Shown piece after piece: positions 15,365 through 26,206 of a stretch of 64,000 nucleotides of DNA. Location: assembly GCA_934661165.1 (NCBI GenBank), contig CAKUJB010000001.1, positions 1,889 through 65,888 of the forward strand, written 5' to 3'. The notes below the pieces were generated by a model. The model was not told the origin of the DNA. It ran no database searches and saw only the letters and a list, made by a program, of their open reading frames with translations. The translations under genes were made by a program, and so were the position numbers. The DNA comes from an uncultured Microbacteriaceae bacterium. Lineage in GTDB: Bacteria > Actinomycetota > Actinomycetes > Actinomycetales > Microbacteriaceae. Position 1 is the stretch's first letter; each line of letters begins with the position of its first letter.

Positions 15365-16684
15365 CTACTCCGGACGTCGTCCGTCGCGTCGCGCCGCGAC
15401 GACATGGAGGAGGAATGCGAGGAGCTCGTCCGCCGCGGTCCCCCAGTCGTACCGCCGGGACCAGGACTCGCCGTGCTCCGAGCGCTTGAGCCAGAGGGAG
15501 TCGTCGGCGAGCCGGAGCACGGCCTGCGCGATGGCCTCGGGCGACTCCTGGTCGAAGAGCTCGGCGTGACCTCCGGTCACCTCCCGGAAGATGGGGATGT
15601 CCGAAACCGCCACTGGCGTGCCGAGTGCCATCGCCTCGACGACGGGCAGGCCGAAGCCCTCCTCGCGGGAGGCCGTCACGAGTGCGCGGGCGCTCGTGAG
15701 CGCGGCCTGATACTCGGCGTCCGAGGCGCCCTGCATGAAGTCGAGCGCGCCGTCGGGGGCGAGCGCCGTGAGTCGCGCGACGGTGGCCTCGTCGGCCCGG
15801 CTCAGCAGTCGCAGTCGCCACCCGGGCAGATGGTGCATCGCCGCGGCGAGCGCTTCGACGTTCTTGTACGGCATGAACGACCCGGCGTAGAGCAGGTCCC
15901 GACCCCGCGGCGGCCGGCGTCGGGGGGTGAGCGCGGGGTGGTCCGTGCCGTTCGCGATGACCCGGAGCGGCCGGGGCGCCATCCGCCGATCGAGCATGAG
16001 GGCCTTCGTCGTCTCGCTGATCGTGACCTGGGCGTCGGCGAGGGCGAGGACCCAGCGCTGGAAGACGGGCGTGAGGTGATACGCGCGCCAGAGGGCACGC
16101 ACCGCCCAGGGCAGATCTGCCGGCGGCTTCGGGTGCGAGTAGTAGATGAGGTCGTGCACCGTCGTCACGAGGGCGTAGCGGCGCCCGATCGGGCCGATCG
16201 TCTGCATGGGGCTGTAGACGATGTCGGGCGCGAGGCGGTTGAGCGCGAGGGGGCCGATGATCGGCTCGAGCGGGCTCGTCGGGCTCGGGCCGAGTGTCCA
16301 GGGCAGCTCCGGGAGCATCGCGAGCTGGCGGACGTCGTGCACGAGCATGACGACCGGGTGGCGCCTGCCGAGCTCCTCGACGAGACGCGAGGTGAATCGG
16401 CTGATGCCGTCGTGGCGCTCGAGCCGCGTGTAGCGGCAGTCGACGAGGATGCGCACGGCGCCCGCCGCCCAGGCGACCCCGGCTGGTGGCGCGGTGCTCG
16501 TCTCGCCGGGGATGATCGCGAGCGCCTTCGTCGACTCGCCGGTGTCGGCGAGCCCGAGCGCCCGGACGAGATCGTGCTCGCCGGTCGCCTCTGGGGGCGT
16601 CGCCGACTCGGCCGACTCAGCCGCGGCGGCCTCGTCCGCCGCATCGTCGGCAGCCCCGAGCGACCAGGGCTCCCCCGGCTGCAT
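15365..16684 (-). CDS. glycosyltransferase (GT1/GT4 type)
   Basis: C-terminal 439 codons of ORF 15365..17683, starting at ATG 16684 (MQPGEPW...). Contains LVTASREEGFGLPVVEAMALGTPV. The upstream part of the long ORF overlaps the hydrolase gene in another frame. Confidence 0.8.
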   Translation of the reverse strand: MQPGEPWSLGAADDAADEAAAAESAESATPPEATGEHDLVRALGLADTGESTKALAIIPGETSTAPPAGVAWAAGAVRILVDCRYTRLERHDGISRFTSRLVEELGRRHPVVMLVHDVRQLAMLPELPWTLGPSPTSPLEPIIGPLALNRLAPDIVYSPMQTIGPIGRRYALVTTVHDLIYYSHPKPPADLPWAVRALWRAYHLTPVFQRWVLALADAQVTISETTKALMLDRRMAPRPLRVIANGTDHPALTPRRRPPRGRDLLYAGSFMPYKNVEALAAAMHHLPGWRLRLLSRADEATVARLTALAPDGALDFMQGASDAEYQAALTSARALVTASREEGFGLPVVEAMALGTPVAVSDIPIFREVTGGHAELFDQESPEAIAQAVLRLADDSLWLKRSEHGESWSRRYDWGTAADELLAFLLHVVAARRDGRRPE

Positions 16685-16692
16685 GGGATCGC

Positions 16693-17568
16693 TCACGCCG
16701 GCACCCGCTCGCCGAGGAAGTCGCGGATCGCCGCGGCGGCGTCCGCGGGACGCTCGTAGTGGATGAGATGGCCGACGTCCTCGAGGACGACGAGCTCGCC
16801 GGCCGGCAGGAGGTCGCGCAGCGCTTCGACGTCGCGCGTCGGCGTGATCTGGTCCTGCGCCGCCCCGATGAGGAGCGTGGGCATCGTGAGCGCGGCAGCG
16901 TGCGGCGTGACGAAGTCGCTCAGCGACGCGTCGAACCCCTCCACGACGACCCGGCGCGTCCGGAAGCCCGAGAAGTAGCGGCGATGCTCCTCCTTGATCC
17001 ACCGGCGCAGCCGCCGGTCGGAGGTCGTCGTGGTGAGCAGGCTCATGCCGTCCGTCACGAGTCGCGAGCGCAGCAGACGCTCCCCCATGCGCCGCGGGAG
17101 GGCGGCGCCGACACGGTAGAGCGCCTTGACGAGCAGGCCGCCGATCGCCTGCGACCCGGCGAGCGGTGCGGACGCGATCGGATTGATGAGCACGACGCGG
17201 TCCGGTGCGAGGCCGCGATCGATCGCGGCGGCCGTGACGATGGTGCCGAAGCTGTGGCCGATGACGACGAACGGGCGTGCTCGGGTCGCGGTCGCCGAGG
17301 CGAAGTCGATGAGCCAGTCCGCATACGCGGTGATCGTGTGCGGGCCGGGCAGCGGGCTCGAGCCGCCATAGCCCGGCAGATCCGGGGCGAGAATGCGGTG
17401 TTCCGGGAGCAGGTCGATGACGCGCTGCAGCCCGTGATGGTCGCCGCGGAAGCCGTGGACGACGACGACGGTGCCCGGCGCGGCCGTGTCTGCGGTCGGT
17501 GACGTCTCCCACCATCGCGTGCGAGCGCCCGCGATCGTCGCCTCGCGCTGCGCCGTCCGGTCCGTCAC
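16693..17568 (-). CDS. alpha/beta hydrolase
   Basis: VVVVHGFRGDHH and VIGHSFGT (GxSxG nucleophile elbow), ...LEDVGHLIHYERP. The start is uncertain: GTG at 17568 was chosen because longer versions would overlap the divergent exonuclease gene. Confidence 0.8.
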   Translation of the reverse strand: MTDRTAQREATIAGARTRWWETSPTADTAAPGTVVVVHGFRGDHHGLQRVIDLLPEHRILAPDLPGYGGSSPLPGPHTITAYADWLIDFASATATRARPFVVIGHSFGTIVTAAAIDRGLAPDRVVLINPIASAPLAGSQAIGGLLVKALYRVGAALPRRMGERLLRSRLVTDGMSLLTTTTSDRRLRRWIKEEHRRYFSGFRTRRVVVEGFDASLSDFVTPHAAALTMPTLLIGAAQDQITPTRDVEALRDLLPAGELVVLEDVGHLIHYERPADAAAAIRDFLGERVPA

Positions 17569-17652
17569 GGTGACCGAGTCTAAGACCCGGATCCTGAGCC
17601 TCCTCCGAGTCGTGCGCGGATCGATGTCGGAGGTCGCCGGTAGGCTCGCGCC

Positions 17653-18351
17653 ATGACGAGCTGGACCGATTCGATCGCCGCATTCGACCTCGAGACGACC
17701 GGGATCGATGTCCGCTCGGCGAAGATCGTCTCGGCCTCCGTGGTCCGGCTCGACGCGTCCGGGGCCGTCGTCGCGCAGCGCGACTGGCTCGTCGATCCGG
17801 GTGAGCCGATTCCCGAGCGGGCGACCGAGGTGCACGGCATCACGACGGCCCGGGTGCAGGCCGAGGGCGCGCCGGCGCGGCTCGCGGTGCCGGAGATCGT
17901 CGCGGCGGTTCGCGAGGTCCTCGAGGCGGGTATCGGGCTGGTCGTCTACAACGCCCCGTACGATCTCTCGCTGCTCGCGTGGGAGGCGCTGCGGCACGGC
18001 GTCTCCGAAATCGAACGGCTCGCGCCGATCGTCGACCCGATCATCGTCGACAAGCAGGTCGATCGGTATCGCAAGGGCAAGCGCACGCTCGACCTCACCG
18101 CCGCGCACTACGGCGTCGCCCTCGAGGGCGCGCATGACGCCGCGGTCGACGCCATTGCCGCGGGGCGCGTCGCGCAGGCGATCGGGCGCCGCTACGCGCA
18201 GCAGCTGCCGGCGACGGCGATGGAGCTGCACACGGCCCAGGTCAAGTGGGCGGCGGCGCAGCAGGCCGATTTCGCCGCGTACATGCGGCGGCAGGTGGAC
18301 CCGAACTGGGTCAGCGATCGTCCGGCTTGGCCGGGCGGGCGCCAGGCCTGA
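17653..18351 (+). CDS. DEDD-type 3'-5' exonuclease (DNA pol III epsilon-like)
   Basis: IAAFDLETTGID (Exo I), VVYNAPYDLSLL (Exo II) and GAHDAAVDAIAAGRV (Exo III, DEDDh). Confidence 0.85.
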   Translation: MTSWTDSIAAFDLETTGIDVRSAKIVSASVVRLDASGAVVAQRDWLVDPGEPIPERATEVHGITTARVQAEGAPARLAVPEIVAAVREVLEAGIGLVVYNAPYDLSLLAWEALRHGVSEIERLAPIVDPIIVDKQVDRYRKGKRTLDLTAAHYGVALEGAHDAAVDAIAAGRVAQAIGRRYAQQLPATAMELHTAQVKWAAAQQADFAAYMRRQVDPNWVSDRPAWPGGRQA

Positions 18352-18609
18352 CTACTTCGCGCCGAACTTCCCGCCGAAGCGCTGGTTGAACTTCTCGACG
18401 CGGCCGGCGGAGTCCATGATCCGCTGCTTGCCGGTGTAGAACGGGTGCGACTCCGCGGAGATCTCCACGTCGACGACGGGGTACGTGTTCCCGTCCTCCC
18501 ACTCGATCGTCTTCTCACTCGTGCGCGTCGAGCGCGTGAGGAACGCCTTGCCGCTCGCGAGGTCGCGGAAGACGATCTCGGCGTACGTCGGGTGGATCTC
18601 GGACTTCAT
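18352..18609 (-). CDS. rpmE2: 50S ribosomal protein L31, type B (Cys-less paralogue)
   Basis: [16 protein letters not shown]...[24 protein letters not shown], with no CxxC zinc motif. Confidence 0.93.
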   Translation of the reverse strand: MKSEIHPTYAEIVFRDLASGKAFLTRSTRTSEKTIEWEDGNTYPVVDVEISAESHPFYTGKQRIMDSAGRVEKFNQRFGGKFGAK

Positions 18610-18692
18610 GGGATGGACTCCTGGAGGCTGATGGGGCGGGCCGCCGCCGCGGCTGGCCGACGAACGAGTCTAGCAGATGTGCGGGGCCTGGC

Positions 18693-19475
18693 TCAGGCGC
18701 CGCGCGCCGCGTAGCGGCCGGAGTCGACGCTCACCCGCAGCGGTCGGCCGAAGGCCTCGCTGAGGTGCGCCGAGTCGAGCACGTGCGCGATGGGGCCCGT
18801 TGCCACTGCGACGGCGTCGCGCAGCAGCAGCGCGTGGCCGAAGCCCGGCGGGATCTCCTCGACGTGGTGCGTCACCATGACGACCGCGGGCGATCCGGGA
18901 CTCGAGGCGTACCAGCCGAGCAGTTCCATGAGCTCCTCGCGGGCTCCGAGGTCGAGGCTCGCGGCCGGCTCGTCGAGCAGCAGCAGCTCGGGATCGGTCA
19001 TCGTCGCTCTCGCGATCTGCACGCGCTTCTGCTCGCCGTCGGAGAGCGTGCCGAAGCGGCGCTCCTCGAGGTGGTCGAGGCGCCACTGGCGCAGCACACG
19101 TCGCGCGCGACGCTCGTCGACGTCCTCGTACACCTCCCGCCAGCGCCCTGCGACCGAGTACGCCGCGGTCATGACCGCGTCGAGCACCGTCTCCCCCGCC
19201 GGGATGAGTCGGGCCATGGCGCTCGAGGCGAGCCCGATGCGCGGCCGCATCTCGAAGACGTCGACCCGGCCGAGCTCCTCCCCGAGGACCCGGACCACAC
19301 CGCTCGTCGGGTGGATCAGGGTCGCGGCGAGCTGCAGGAGCGTCGTCTTGCCGGCGCCGTTCGGGCCGAGGATGACCCAGCGCTCGGCGGAGTCGACGCT
19401 CCAGGTGAGCGGGCCGAGGATGGCGCGACCGTCGCGGATGACGGTCGCGTCGTGGAATTCGAGGACGTTCGACAT
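18693..19475 (-). CDS. ABC transporter ATP-binding protein (no adjacent permease)
   Basis: Walker [10 protein letters not shown], signature LSDGEQKRV, Walker B LLLLDEP, H-loop VTHH. Confidence 0.88.
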   Translation of the reverse strand: MSNVLEFHDATVIRDGRAILGPLTWSVDSAERWVILGPNGAGKTTLLQLAATLIHPTSGVVRVLGEELGRVDVFEMRPRIGLASSAMARLIPAGETVLDAVMTAAYSVAGRWREVYEDVDERRARRVLRQWRLDHLEERRFGTLSDGEQKRVQIARATMTDPELLLLDEPAASLDLGAREELMELLGWYASSPGSPAVVMVTHHVEEIPPGFGHALLLRDAVAVATGPIAHVLDSAHLSEAFGRPLRVSVDSGRYAARGA

Positions 19476-19523
19476 GGCGCTCCCAGCCTACGGCGGACCT
19501 TGCAGACGACGCCCGCGGCTCGC

Positions 19524-20711
19524 TCAGCCTCGGAGGATCTCCTCGTAGAGCGAGCGCGTCGACTCGGCGATCGTCGCCCAGGAGAAGCGATCGGCGGCGC
19601 GGCGACGTCCCGCGAGTCCCATCCGGCGCGCCCCGGCGGGATCAGCGAGCACCCCGCGCAGGGCGGCGGCGAGGTCGGCGACGAATCGATCCGGGTGCAG
19701 CGGCGTCCCGGTGCCGTCCTGCGCCTGCTCGATCGGGACGAGCACGCCGGTCACGCCGTCGTCGACGACCTCGGGGATGCCGCCGGTCGCGGTGGCGACG
19801 ACCGGGACCTCGCACGCCATCGCCTCGAGATTCACGATGCCGAGCGGCTCGTAGATGGACGGACAGACGAAGACGGTCGATGCGCTGAGCACGGCGATGA
19901 CGTCATCGACGGGCAGGTGCTCGCGGATCCACACCACGCCCGAGCGGCTCGCCTGGAGCTCCGCGATCGTCGCCGACACGTCCGCCTCGAGCTCCGGGGT
20001 GTCGGCCGAGCCCGCGCAGAGCACGAGCTGCGCATCCGATGGCAGCTCGGCCGCGGCCCGCAGCAGGTAGGGCAGCCCCTTCTGCCGGGTGATCCTCCCG
20101 ACGAAGGTCACCGCGGGACGGTCGCTGTCGATCCCGAGCGCCGCGAGCACCGCGGCGTCGCTGCGCGGCCGCCACCGCTCGGTGTCGATGCCGTTGCGGA
20201 TGACCCTGACCCGGTCCGGATCCAGCGACGGGTAGCTGCGGAGCACGTCGCGACGCATGCCGTCGCTCACCGCGATGACGGCGTCCGCGTGCTCGATCGC
20301 CTCGCGCTCGATCCGGCTCGACAGGCGGTAGCCGCCGCCGAGCTGCTCCGCCTTCCACGGTCGCAGCGGCTCGAGGCTGTGCGCGGTCATGACGTGCGGC
20401 ACCCCGTGGAGCAGCTGCGCGAGCCGACCAGCGCCGTTCGCGTACCAGGTGTGCGTGTGGACGAGATCGGCCTCGCCGAGGTCCGCCGCGATCTCGAGAT
20501 CGGTGCCGAGGGTCTGCAGCGCGCTGTTCGCGCGGGCGAGCCCCGGCGGCGCGCCGTAGGACACGACATCGGGCTCGTCGCGCGGCGCGCCGAATGCCCG
20601 CACGACGACCCGGGTCGCCGGACGCAGCGCGCGGACGAGCTCCGCGACGTGCACGCCCGCGCCTCCGTAGATCTCGGGCGGGTACTCCCTGGTGACGAGG
20701 TCCACGCGCAC
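19524..20711 (-). CDS. glgA: glycogen synthase (actinobacterial GT4 type)
   Basis: GTG at 20711 gives (M)[21 protein letters not shown]...[10 protein letters not shown]...[23 protein letters not shown]. The rest of ORF 19524..22424 is antisense to glgC and is not coding. Confidence 0.9.
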   Translation of the reverse strand: MRVDLVTREYPPEIYGGAGVHVAELVRALRPATRVVVRAFGAPRDEPDVVSYGAPPGLARANSALQTLGTDLEIAADLGEADLVHTHTWYANGAGRLAQLLHGVPHVMTAHSLEPLRPWKAEQLGGGYRLSSRIEREAIEHADAVIAVSDGMRRDVLRSYPSLDPDRVRVIRNGIDTERWRPRSDAAVLAALGIDSDRPAVTFVGRITRQKGLPYLLRAAAELPSDAQLVLCAGSADTPELEADVSATIAELQASRSGVVWIREHLPVDDVIAVLSASTVFVCPSIYEPLGIVNLEAMACEVPVVATATGGIPEVVDDGVTGVLVPIEQAQDGTGTPLHPDRFVADLAAALRGVLADPAGARRMGLAGRRRAADRFSWATIAESTRSLYEEILRG

Positions 20712-20771
20712 GTGCCGAAGCCTAGTCGCGCTCGTAACCTGCCGGACACCCCGGAGGACTATCGTGGCGTC

Positions 20772-22010
20772 ATGGCGCCCCAGAAGGTGTTCGGGATCGT
20801 GCTCGCCGGCGGCGAGGGCAAGCGCCTCATGCCGCTCACCGCGGACCGGGCGAAGCCGGCGGTGCCGTTCGGCGGGGAATACCGGCTCATCGACTTCGCG
20901 ATCTCGAATCTCATCAACTCGGGGCTGCGGCAGATCGTCGTCCTCACCCAGTACAAGTCGCACAGCCTCGACCGCCACATCTCGAAGGTGTGGCGCTCCT
21001 CCGGCGTGCTCGACACGTACGTCGCCTCGGTGCCCGCGCAGCAGCGGCGCGGCAAGCACTGGTTCATGGGCTCCGCGGACGCGATCTACCAGAGCCTCAA
21101 CCTCGTGCACGACGAGCGGCCGGACATCGTCGTCGTCGTCGGCGCGGACCACGTCTACCGCATGGACTTCGCACAGATGGTCGAGGCGCATGTCGAGTCT
21201 GGGGCGCCAGCCACGGTCGCCGGCATCCGCCAGCCCATCGAGCTCGCGACCTCGTTCGGCGTGATCGAGACCGACAGCGTGCGCTCGGAGCGGATCGCGC
21301 GCTTCCGCGAGAAGCCGACCGACGCCGTCGGCCTCGCCGACTCCCCCGGCGAGGTCCTCGCCTCGATGGGCAACTACGTCTTCGACGCCGACGCCCTCGT
21401 CGACGCCGTCTCCCACGACGCGGACCGGCCGGAGTCCCGGCACGACATGGGCGGCGACATCGTCCCGCACTTCGTCGAGCTCGGTCAGGCCGGCGTCTAC
21501 GACTTCATCAGGAATGCGGTGCCCGGCTCGACCGACCGGGATCGCGCGTACTGGCGCGACGTGGGCACGATCGAGTCCTTCTTCGACGCGCACCAGGACC
21601 TCATCGCCCCGCTGCCGGTCTTCAACCTGTACAACGAGCAGTGGCCGATCCACTCGCAGCAGATCAACCAGCCGCCCGCGAAGTTCATCCGCGACGCGCA
21701 GGGCAACGCCGGCCTCGTCACCGATTCGATCGTCTCGCTCGGGGTCGTCATCTCCGGGGCGCGGGTGGACCGCACCGTCCTCGGCCCGTCGGTCGCGGTC
21801 GACTCCGGCGCGGTCGTGGCGGACGCCGTCGTCTTCGAACGCGCGACGATCGGCGCGGGTGCCGTCATCCGCCGCGCGATCCTCGACAAGGACGTGCACG
21901 TCGCGCCCGGCGGGACGATCGGCGTCGATCGCGGGCTCGATCTCGCGCGGGGCTTCACCGTGACCGAGCAGGGCATCACGGTCGTCGGGAAGGGCGCAAG
22001 CGTCAGCTGA
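20772..22010 (+). CDS. glgC: glucose-1-phosphate adenylyltransferase
   Basis: ATG at 20772 gives [46 protein letters not shown]...TQYKSHSL. Divergent from glgA. Confidence 0.93.
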   Translation: MAPQKVFGIVLAGGEGKRLMPLTADRAKPAVPFGGEYRLIDFAISNLINSGLRQIVVLTQYKSHSLDRHISKVWRSSGVLDTYVASVPAQQRRGKHWFMGSADAIYQSLNLVHDERPDIVVVVGADHVYRMDFAQMVEAHVESGAPATVAGIRQPIELATSFGVIETDSVRSERIARFREKPTDAVGLADSPGEVLASMGNYVFDADALVDAVSHDADRPESRHDMGGDIVPHFVELGQAGVYDFIRNAVPGSTDRDRAYWRDVGTIESFFDAHQDLIAPLPVFNLYNEQWPIHSQQINQPPAKFIRDAQGNAGLVTDSIVSLGVVISGARVDRTVLGPSVAVDSGAVVADAVVFERATIGAGAVIRRAILDKDVHVAPGGTIGVDRGLDLARGFTVTEQGITVVGKGASVS

Positions 22011-22038
22011 GCCCGATGTTCCGCGGCACAATGGAGCC

Positions 22039-22677
22039 GTGGCCCGCTTCCTCCTCGTCCTCGACGTCGACTCGACCCTCATCGAGGACGAGGTCATCGA
22101 GCTCATCGCGGAGCACGCGGGCGTGCGCGAGCAGGTCGCGGCGGTGACGGCGCGGGCGATGCGCGGTGAGCTCGACTTCGCGGGCTCGCTCGTCGAGCGC
22201 GTGGCGACGCTCGAGGGCCTCCCCGTCTCGGTGCTCGACGAGGTCCGCGACCGCGTCCGGGTGACCGCGGGCGTGCCGGAGCTCATCGCGGGCGTCCAGG
22301 CGGCCGGCGGCGTGTTCGCGGTCGTGTCCGGCGGCTTCCACGAGATCCTCGATCCGCTCGCGGCCTTGCTCGGCATCGATCGGTGGCGGGCAAACCGGCT
22401 CGCCGTCCGCGACGGTCGGCTCACCGGTCAGGTCGACGGCCCGATCGTCGACGCCGCGGCGAAGGCGGCGGCGCTGCGGGAGTGGGCGGCCGGGGCCGGC
22501 ATCCCGCTGTCGCGATCCGTCGCGATCGGCGACGGGGCGAACGATCTCGGCATGATGGCCGCCGCGGGGCTCAGCATCGCCTTCGACGCGAAGCCCGCCG
22601 TGCGAGAGTCTGCGGACCTCTCGCTGCCGGTACGCGATCTCGCCGCCGTGCTCGGCGTCCTCGGCCTCCGCGGCTGA
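22039..22677 (+). CDS. serB: phosphoserine phosphatase SerB-like HAD-IB hydrolase
   Basis: LVLDVDSTLIEDEVIE (DxD/T motif I), VVSGGF and AIGDGANDLGMM (motif IV). Confidence 0.85.
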   Translation: MARFLLVLDVDSTLIEDEVIELIAEHAGVREQVAAVTARAMRGELDFAGSLVERVATLEGLPVSVLDEVRDRVRVTAGVPELIAGVQAAGGVFAVVSGGFHEILDPLAALLGIDRWRANRLAVRDGRLTGQVDGPIVDAAAKAAALREWAAGAGIPLSRSVAIGDGANDLGMMAAAGLSIAFDAKPAVRESADLSLPVRDLAAVLGVLGLRG

Positions 22678-22701
22678 GCGGCGAGGCTGGGCGGATTCGG
22701 C

Positions 22702-23412
22702 TCAGTGCCCCATGCCGAGTCCGCCGTCGACGGGGATGACGGCGCCCGAGATGTACCCCGCCTCCTCGGAGGCGAGCCAGCGCACGACCTTCGCGACCTC
22801 CTCGGGCGTCGCGAAGCGGCCTGCGGGGATCTGCCGGAGGTACGCGGACTGCTGCGCCTCGGGCAGCGCGGCGGTCATATCGGTCTCGATGAAACCGGGC
22901 GCGACGACGTTCGCGGTGATCCCGCGGCTGCCGAGCTCGCGCGTCACGGAGCGGGCGATGCCGATGAGGCCCGCCTTCGAGGCCGCGTAGTTCACCTGCC
23001 CGGCGGAGCCGAGCAGCCCGACGACGCTCGAGATGAGGATGATGCGGCCGAACCGGGCCTTGAGCATGCCCTTCGTCGCGCGCTTGACGACGCGAAACGC
23101 GCCGCCGAGGTTCGTATCGACGACGGAGTCGAACTCGTCGTCGCTCATCCGCAGCAGCAGCGTGTCCTTGGTGACCCCGGCATTCGCGACGAGGATGCCG
23201 ATCGGACCGAGCGCGGACTCGATCTCGGCGAACGCGGCGTCGAGGCTCGCGCCGTCGGTGACGTCGGCGGTCACGGTGAGCGCGCCGTCCGGCCCCGCAC
23301 CGCCGCGGGAGGTCACCGCGACGGGGTGCCCGGCCTCGAGGAAGGCCTCGGCGATCGCGCGGCCGATGCCGCGGTTGCCGCCGGTGACGAGGACGACGCT
23401 GCGCTCAGACAT
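22702..23412 (-). CDS. fabG: 3-oxoacyl-ACP reductase (SDR family)
   Basis: ATG at 23412 gives MSERSVVLVTGGNRGIGRAIA..NAGV...YAASKAG...PGFIETDM. The ORF-track N-terminal extension was rejected. Confidence 0.9.
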   Translation of the reverse strand: MSERSVVLVTGGNRGIGRAIAEAFLEAGHPVAVTSRGGAGPDGALTVTADVTDGASLDAAFAEIESALGPIGILVANAGVTKDTLLLRMSDDEFDSVVDTNLGGAFRVVKRATKGMLKARFGRIILISSVVGLLGSAGQVNYAASKAGLIGIARSVTRELGSRGITANVVAPGFIETDMTAALPEAQQSAYLRQIPAGRFATPEEVAKVVRWLASEEAGYISGAVIPVDGGLGMGH

Positions 23413-23452
23413 GGCTGAGAGCCTACTTGGGGAAGGGGCGTAGCCTGGAGGC

Positions 23453-23728
23453 ATGGGTCGTCCCGTGGTCATCACGAGCGCGCCGGTCTCGCCCGAGGCC
23501 GACCGGCATCGCCGGATGGTGAGCTACACCATCATGATGGCGATCCGCTTCGCCTGCTTCATCGCGATCTTCTTCGTCGAGGGCTGGTGGCAGCTCGTGT
23601 GCCTCATCGGCGCCGTCCTGCTCCCGTACCTCGCGGTCACGCGCGCGAACGTGCACGGCGATCCCCATCGGGTCACCCCAGAGTCCCCTGACCGCCGCGG
23701 CCTGCCCGCCGGCCAGGATGACGAATGA
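23453..23728 (+). CDS. DUF3099 family small membrane protein
   Basis: 91 aa with two hydrophobic helices (MMAIRFACFIAIFFVEGWWQLVCLIGAVLLPYLAV). The position next to SURF1 is typical for actinobacteria. Confidence 0.7.
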   Translation: MGRPVVITSAPVSPEADRHRRMVSYTIMMAIRFACFIAIFFVEGWWQLVCLIGAVLLPYLAVTRANVHGDPHRVTPESPDRRGLPAGQDDE

Positions 23729-24531
23729 GCGGCGCACGTCGCTGGCTCGGCTACCTCGCCCTCGTCGTCGCCTTCTCGGTCGCCTGCGGCTGGCTCGCGT
23801 CATGGCAGTTCGGCCGGAACGAGGAGGCCGCCGAGCGCATCCGCCAGATCGAGGAGAACTGGGACTCCGCACCCGTGCCGCTCGCCGAGGTGCTCGCCGG
23901 GCCGGACTCGGCCTTCGACCGAACCGAAACCTGGACGCCCGTCGAGCTCACCGGCGAGTACCTCGTCGACGAGACGCTCCTCGTGCGCAACCGGCCGCGC
24001 GACGGTCTGCCGGGATATGAGGTGCTCGTCCCCTTCCGGCTGCTCGACGGCACCGTGCTCATCGTCAACCGGGGCTGGCTCCCGGCCGGCGAACGGCAGG
24101 CGGAGACGCCGGACACCCTGCCCGAGCCGATGCGCGGGCCGCAGACGGTCATCGTCCGGCTGCGGGCCGGCGAGCCACCCGTGCCGGGCCGCTCCGCGCC
24201 GGCGGGACAGGTCGCGACGATCGAGCTCCCGCTCATCGCAGAGCTCCTCGCGGCGCCCGTGTACACCGGGGCGTTCGGGGTGCTCGCCGCCGAGCCCGAC
24301 GCCGACCTCGCCGAGGCCCCGGCGCTCGCATCGCGGCCGGCCGCCGATCCGGGCCCGCACCTCTCGTACGCGGTGCAGTGGATCCTCTTCGCGGTCATGG
24401 CGGGGATCGCCCTGGTCTGGGGCATCTGGAACGAGCGGCGGCTGCGCCGCCTCAGCCCCGCGGAGCGCGCCTCGCGGGGCGCACGGCGCGACGCGGATGC
24501 CGAGGCCGAGGACGCGCTGCTCGACGCCTGA
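23725..24531 (+). CDS. SURF1 family cytochrome oxidase assembly protein
   Basis: 268 aa with an N-terminal TM then WQFGR.., RGWLP and LSYAVQWILFA motifs. ATGA overlap with the preceding gene. Confidence 0.85.
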   Translation: MSGARRWLGYLALVVAFSVACGWLASWQFGRNEEAAERIRQIEENWDSAPVPLAEVLAGPDSAFDRTETWTPVELTGEYLVDETLLVRNRPRDGLPGYEVLVPFRLLDGTVLIVNRGWLPAGERQAETPDTLPEPMRGPQTVIVRLRAGEPPVPGRSAPAGQVATIELPLIAELLAAPVYTGAFGVLAAEPDADLAEAPALASRPAADPGPHLSYAVQWILFAVMAGIALVWGIWNERRLRRLSPAERASRGARRDADAEAEDALLDA

Positions 24532-24537
24532 GCGGGC

Positions 24538-26145
24538 TCAGGCGAGTTCGACGAGCTCCTGGTAGTCGCGCCCCCAGAGGTCCTCGACGCCGTCGGGCAG
24601 GATGAGCACCCGCTCCGGGTTCAGCGCCTCGACCGCACCGGGGTCGTGGGAGACGAGGACGACCGCGCCCGAGTAGGAGGCGAGCGCGCCGAGTACCTCG
24701 AGGCGACTTGCGGGATCGAGGTTGTTCGTGGGTTCGTCGAGCAGCAGCACGTTCGCCCCGCTCACGACGATCATCGCGAGGGCGAGGCGCGTCTTCTCGC
24801 CGCCCGAGAGGACCCCGGCCGGCTTGTCGACGTCGTCGCCGACGAAGAGGAACGAGCCGAGGACGCTCCGCGCCTGGGTCGAGCTGATGTCGGGCGAGGC
24901 CGTGAGCATGTTCTCGAGCACGCTGCGCTTCACGTCGATCGTCTCGTGCTCCTGCGCGTAGTAGCCGATGCGCAGGCCGTGACCGTGATCGACGCCACCG
25001 GTGTCGGGCGCGTCGACGCCCGCGAGGATGCGCAGCAGTGTCGTCTTCCCCGCGCCGTTGAGGCCGAGCACGACGACCTTCGAGCCGCGGTCGATCGCGA
25101 GGTCGACGGCCGTGAAGATCTCGAGCGAGCCGTAGGACTTCGAGAGGTTGTGCGCCATGAGCGGGGTGCGGCCGCACGCCGCCGGCTCGGGGAAGCGCAG
25201 CTTCGCGACGCGGTCGCCGACGCGGACCTCCTCGAGGCCCGCGAGGAGACGCTCGGCGCGCGCGACCATCTGGTGCGCGGCCGCGGCCTTCGTCGCCTTC
25301 GCGCCGAACCTCGCCGCCTGGAGCTGGAGTGCCGTCGCCTTCTTCTCCGCGTTCGCGCGCTCCTTGCGGCGGCGCTCCTCGTCGGCCTCGCGCTGGCGGA
25401 GGTAGTGCTTCCACCCCATGTTGTACTGGTCGATGACCGTCCGGTTCGCGTCGAGGTAGAAGACCTTGTTGACGGTCTCCTCGACGAGCTCGACGTCGTG
25501 GCTGATGATGACGAGCCCGCCCGGATAGCCCTTGAGGAACTCGCGCAGCCACACGACCGAGTCCGCATCGAGGTGGTTCGTCGGCTCGTCGAGGAGCATC
25601 GTGTCGGCATCGCTGAAGAGGATGCGCGCGAGCTCGATCCGACGACGCTGCCCGCCCGACAGCGTCCGCAGCGGCTGATCGAGGATGCGCTCGGGCAGCG
25701 CGAGGTGCGAGGAGATCGTCGCGGCCTCCGCCTCCGCGGCGTACCCGCCGCGCGCCTCGAACTCGTCGTTGAGACGCGTGTACCGGCGCATCGCCCGATC
25801 CGCGGTGTCCGAGTCGGCCGCGCCCATCTCCTCGGTCGCGCGCGCGATCTCGGCGGCGAGCGTCCCGAGTCCACGGGCGTCGAGAATACGCGTCCGCGCG
25901 GACTGCTCGGGATCCCCGGACCGCGGGTCCTGCGGGAGGTAGCCGATCTCGCCGTGACGATCGATGCGCCCCGCGGTCGGCAGCGCCTCCCCCGCGAGCG
26001 TCTTCGTGAGCGTCGTCTTGCCGGCGCCGTTGCGGCCGACGAGCCCGATCTTGTCGCCGCGGTCGACGCGGAACGTGACGCCCGACATGAGGGTGCGCGC
26101 GCCCACGCGGATCTCCAGGTCGCTGACGGCGAGCACGGGCAGCAC
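24538..26145 (-). CDS. ABC-F family ATPase (tandem ABC domains, no TMD)
   Basis: 535 aa with two Walker A motifs (GRNGAGKTT and GLNGAGKTT), two signatures (LSGGQRRR and LSGGEKTR), and a charged inter-domain linker READEERRRKERANAEKK. Confidence 0.92.
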   Translation of the reverse strand: MLPVLAVSDLEIRVGARTLMSGVTFRVDRGDKIGLVGRNGAGKTTLTKTLAGEALPTAGRIDRHGEIGYLPQDPRSGDPEQSARTRILDARGLGTLAAEIARATEEMGAADSDTADRAMRRYTRLNDEFEARGGYAAEAEAATISSHLALPERILDQPLRTLSGGQRRRIELARILFSDADTMLLDEPTNHLDADSVVWLREFLKGYPGGLVIISHDVELVEETVNKVFYLDANRTVIDQYNMGWKHYLRQREADEERRRKERANAEKKATALQLQAARFGAKATKAAAAHQMVARAERLLAGLEEVRVGDRVAKLRFPEPAACGRTPLMAHNLSKSYGSLEIFTAVDLAIDRGSKVVVLGLNGAGKTTLLRILAGVDAPDTGGVDHGHGLRIGYYAQEHETIDVKRSVLENMLTASPDISSTQARSVLGSFLFVGDDVDKPAGVLSGGEKTRLALAMIVVSGANVLLLDEPTNNLDPASRLEVLGALASYSGAVVLVSHDPGAVEALNPERVLILPDGVEDLWGRDYQELVELA

Positions 26146-26206
26146 CTTTCGACACGAGGAGCGGACGGTTACGGCGACGGGAGAGCCGACCGTCTAGTCT
26201 ACTGCC

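Noticed and set aside
15365-17683. A single 772-aa ORF suggesting a glycosyltransferase-hydrolase fusion, and the 512-aa version of the hydrolase ORF (16693..18231).
   Set aside because: The two conserved domains are in different frames. The glycosyltransferase starts at ATG 16684, 9 nt after the hydrolase stop. The upstream parts are low-complexity and overlap the neighbouring genes.
18610-18692. A possible Zur box upstream of the Cys-less L31 paralogue rpmE2.
   Set aside because: Type-B L31 genes are often Zur-regulated, but this 83-nt GC-rich spacer contains no AT-rich palindrome of the Zur type. The gene may be co-transcribed with the upstream ABC ATPase.
18765-20771. The N-terminal ~670 codons of the 1081-aa plus-strand ORF 18765..22010.
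   Set aside because: This part lies antisense to the ABC ATPase and glgA genes and is Arg/Gly/Asp/Ala-rich with no motifs, a typical high-GC open frame. Only the part from ATG 20772 (GlgC) is coding.
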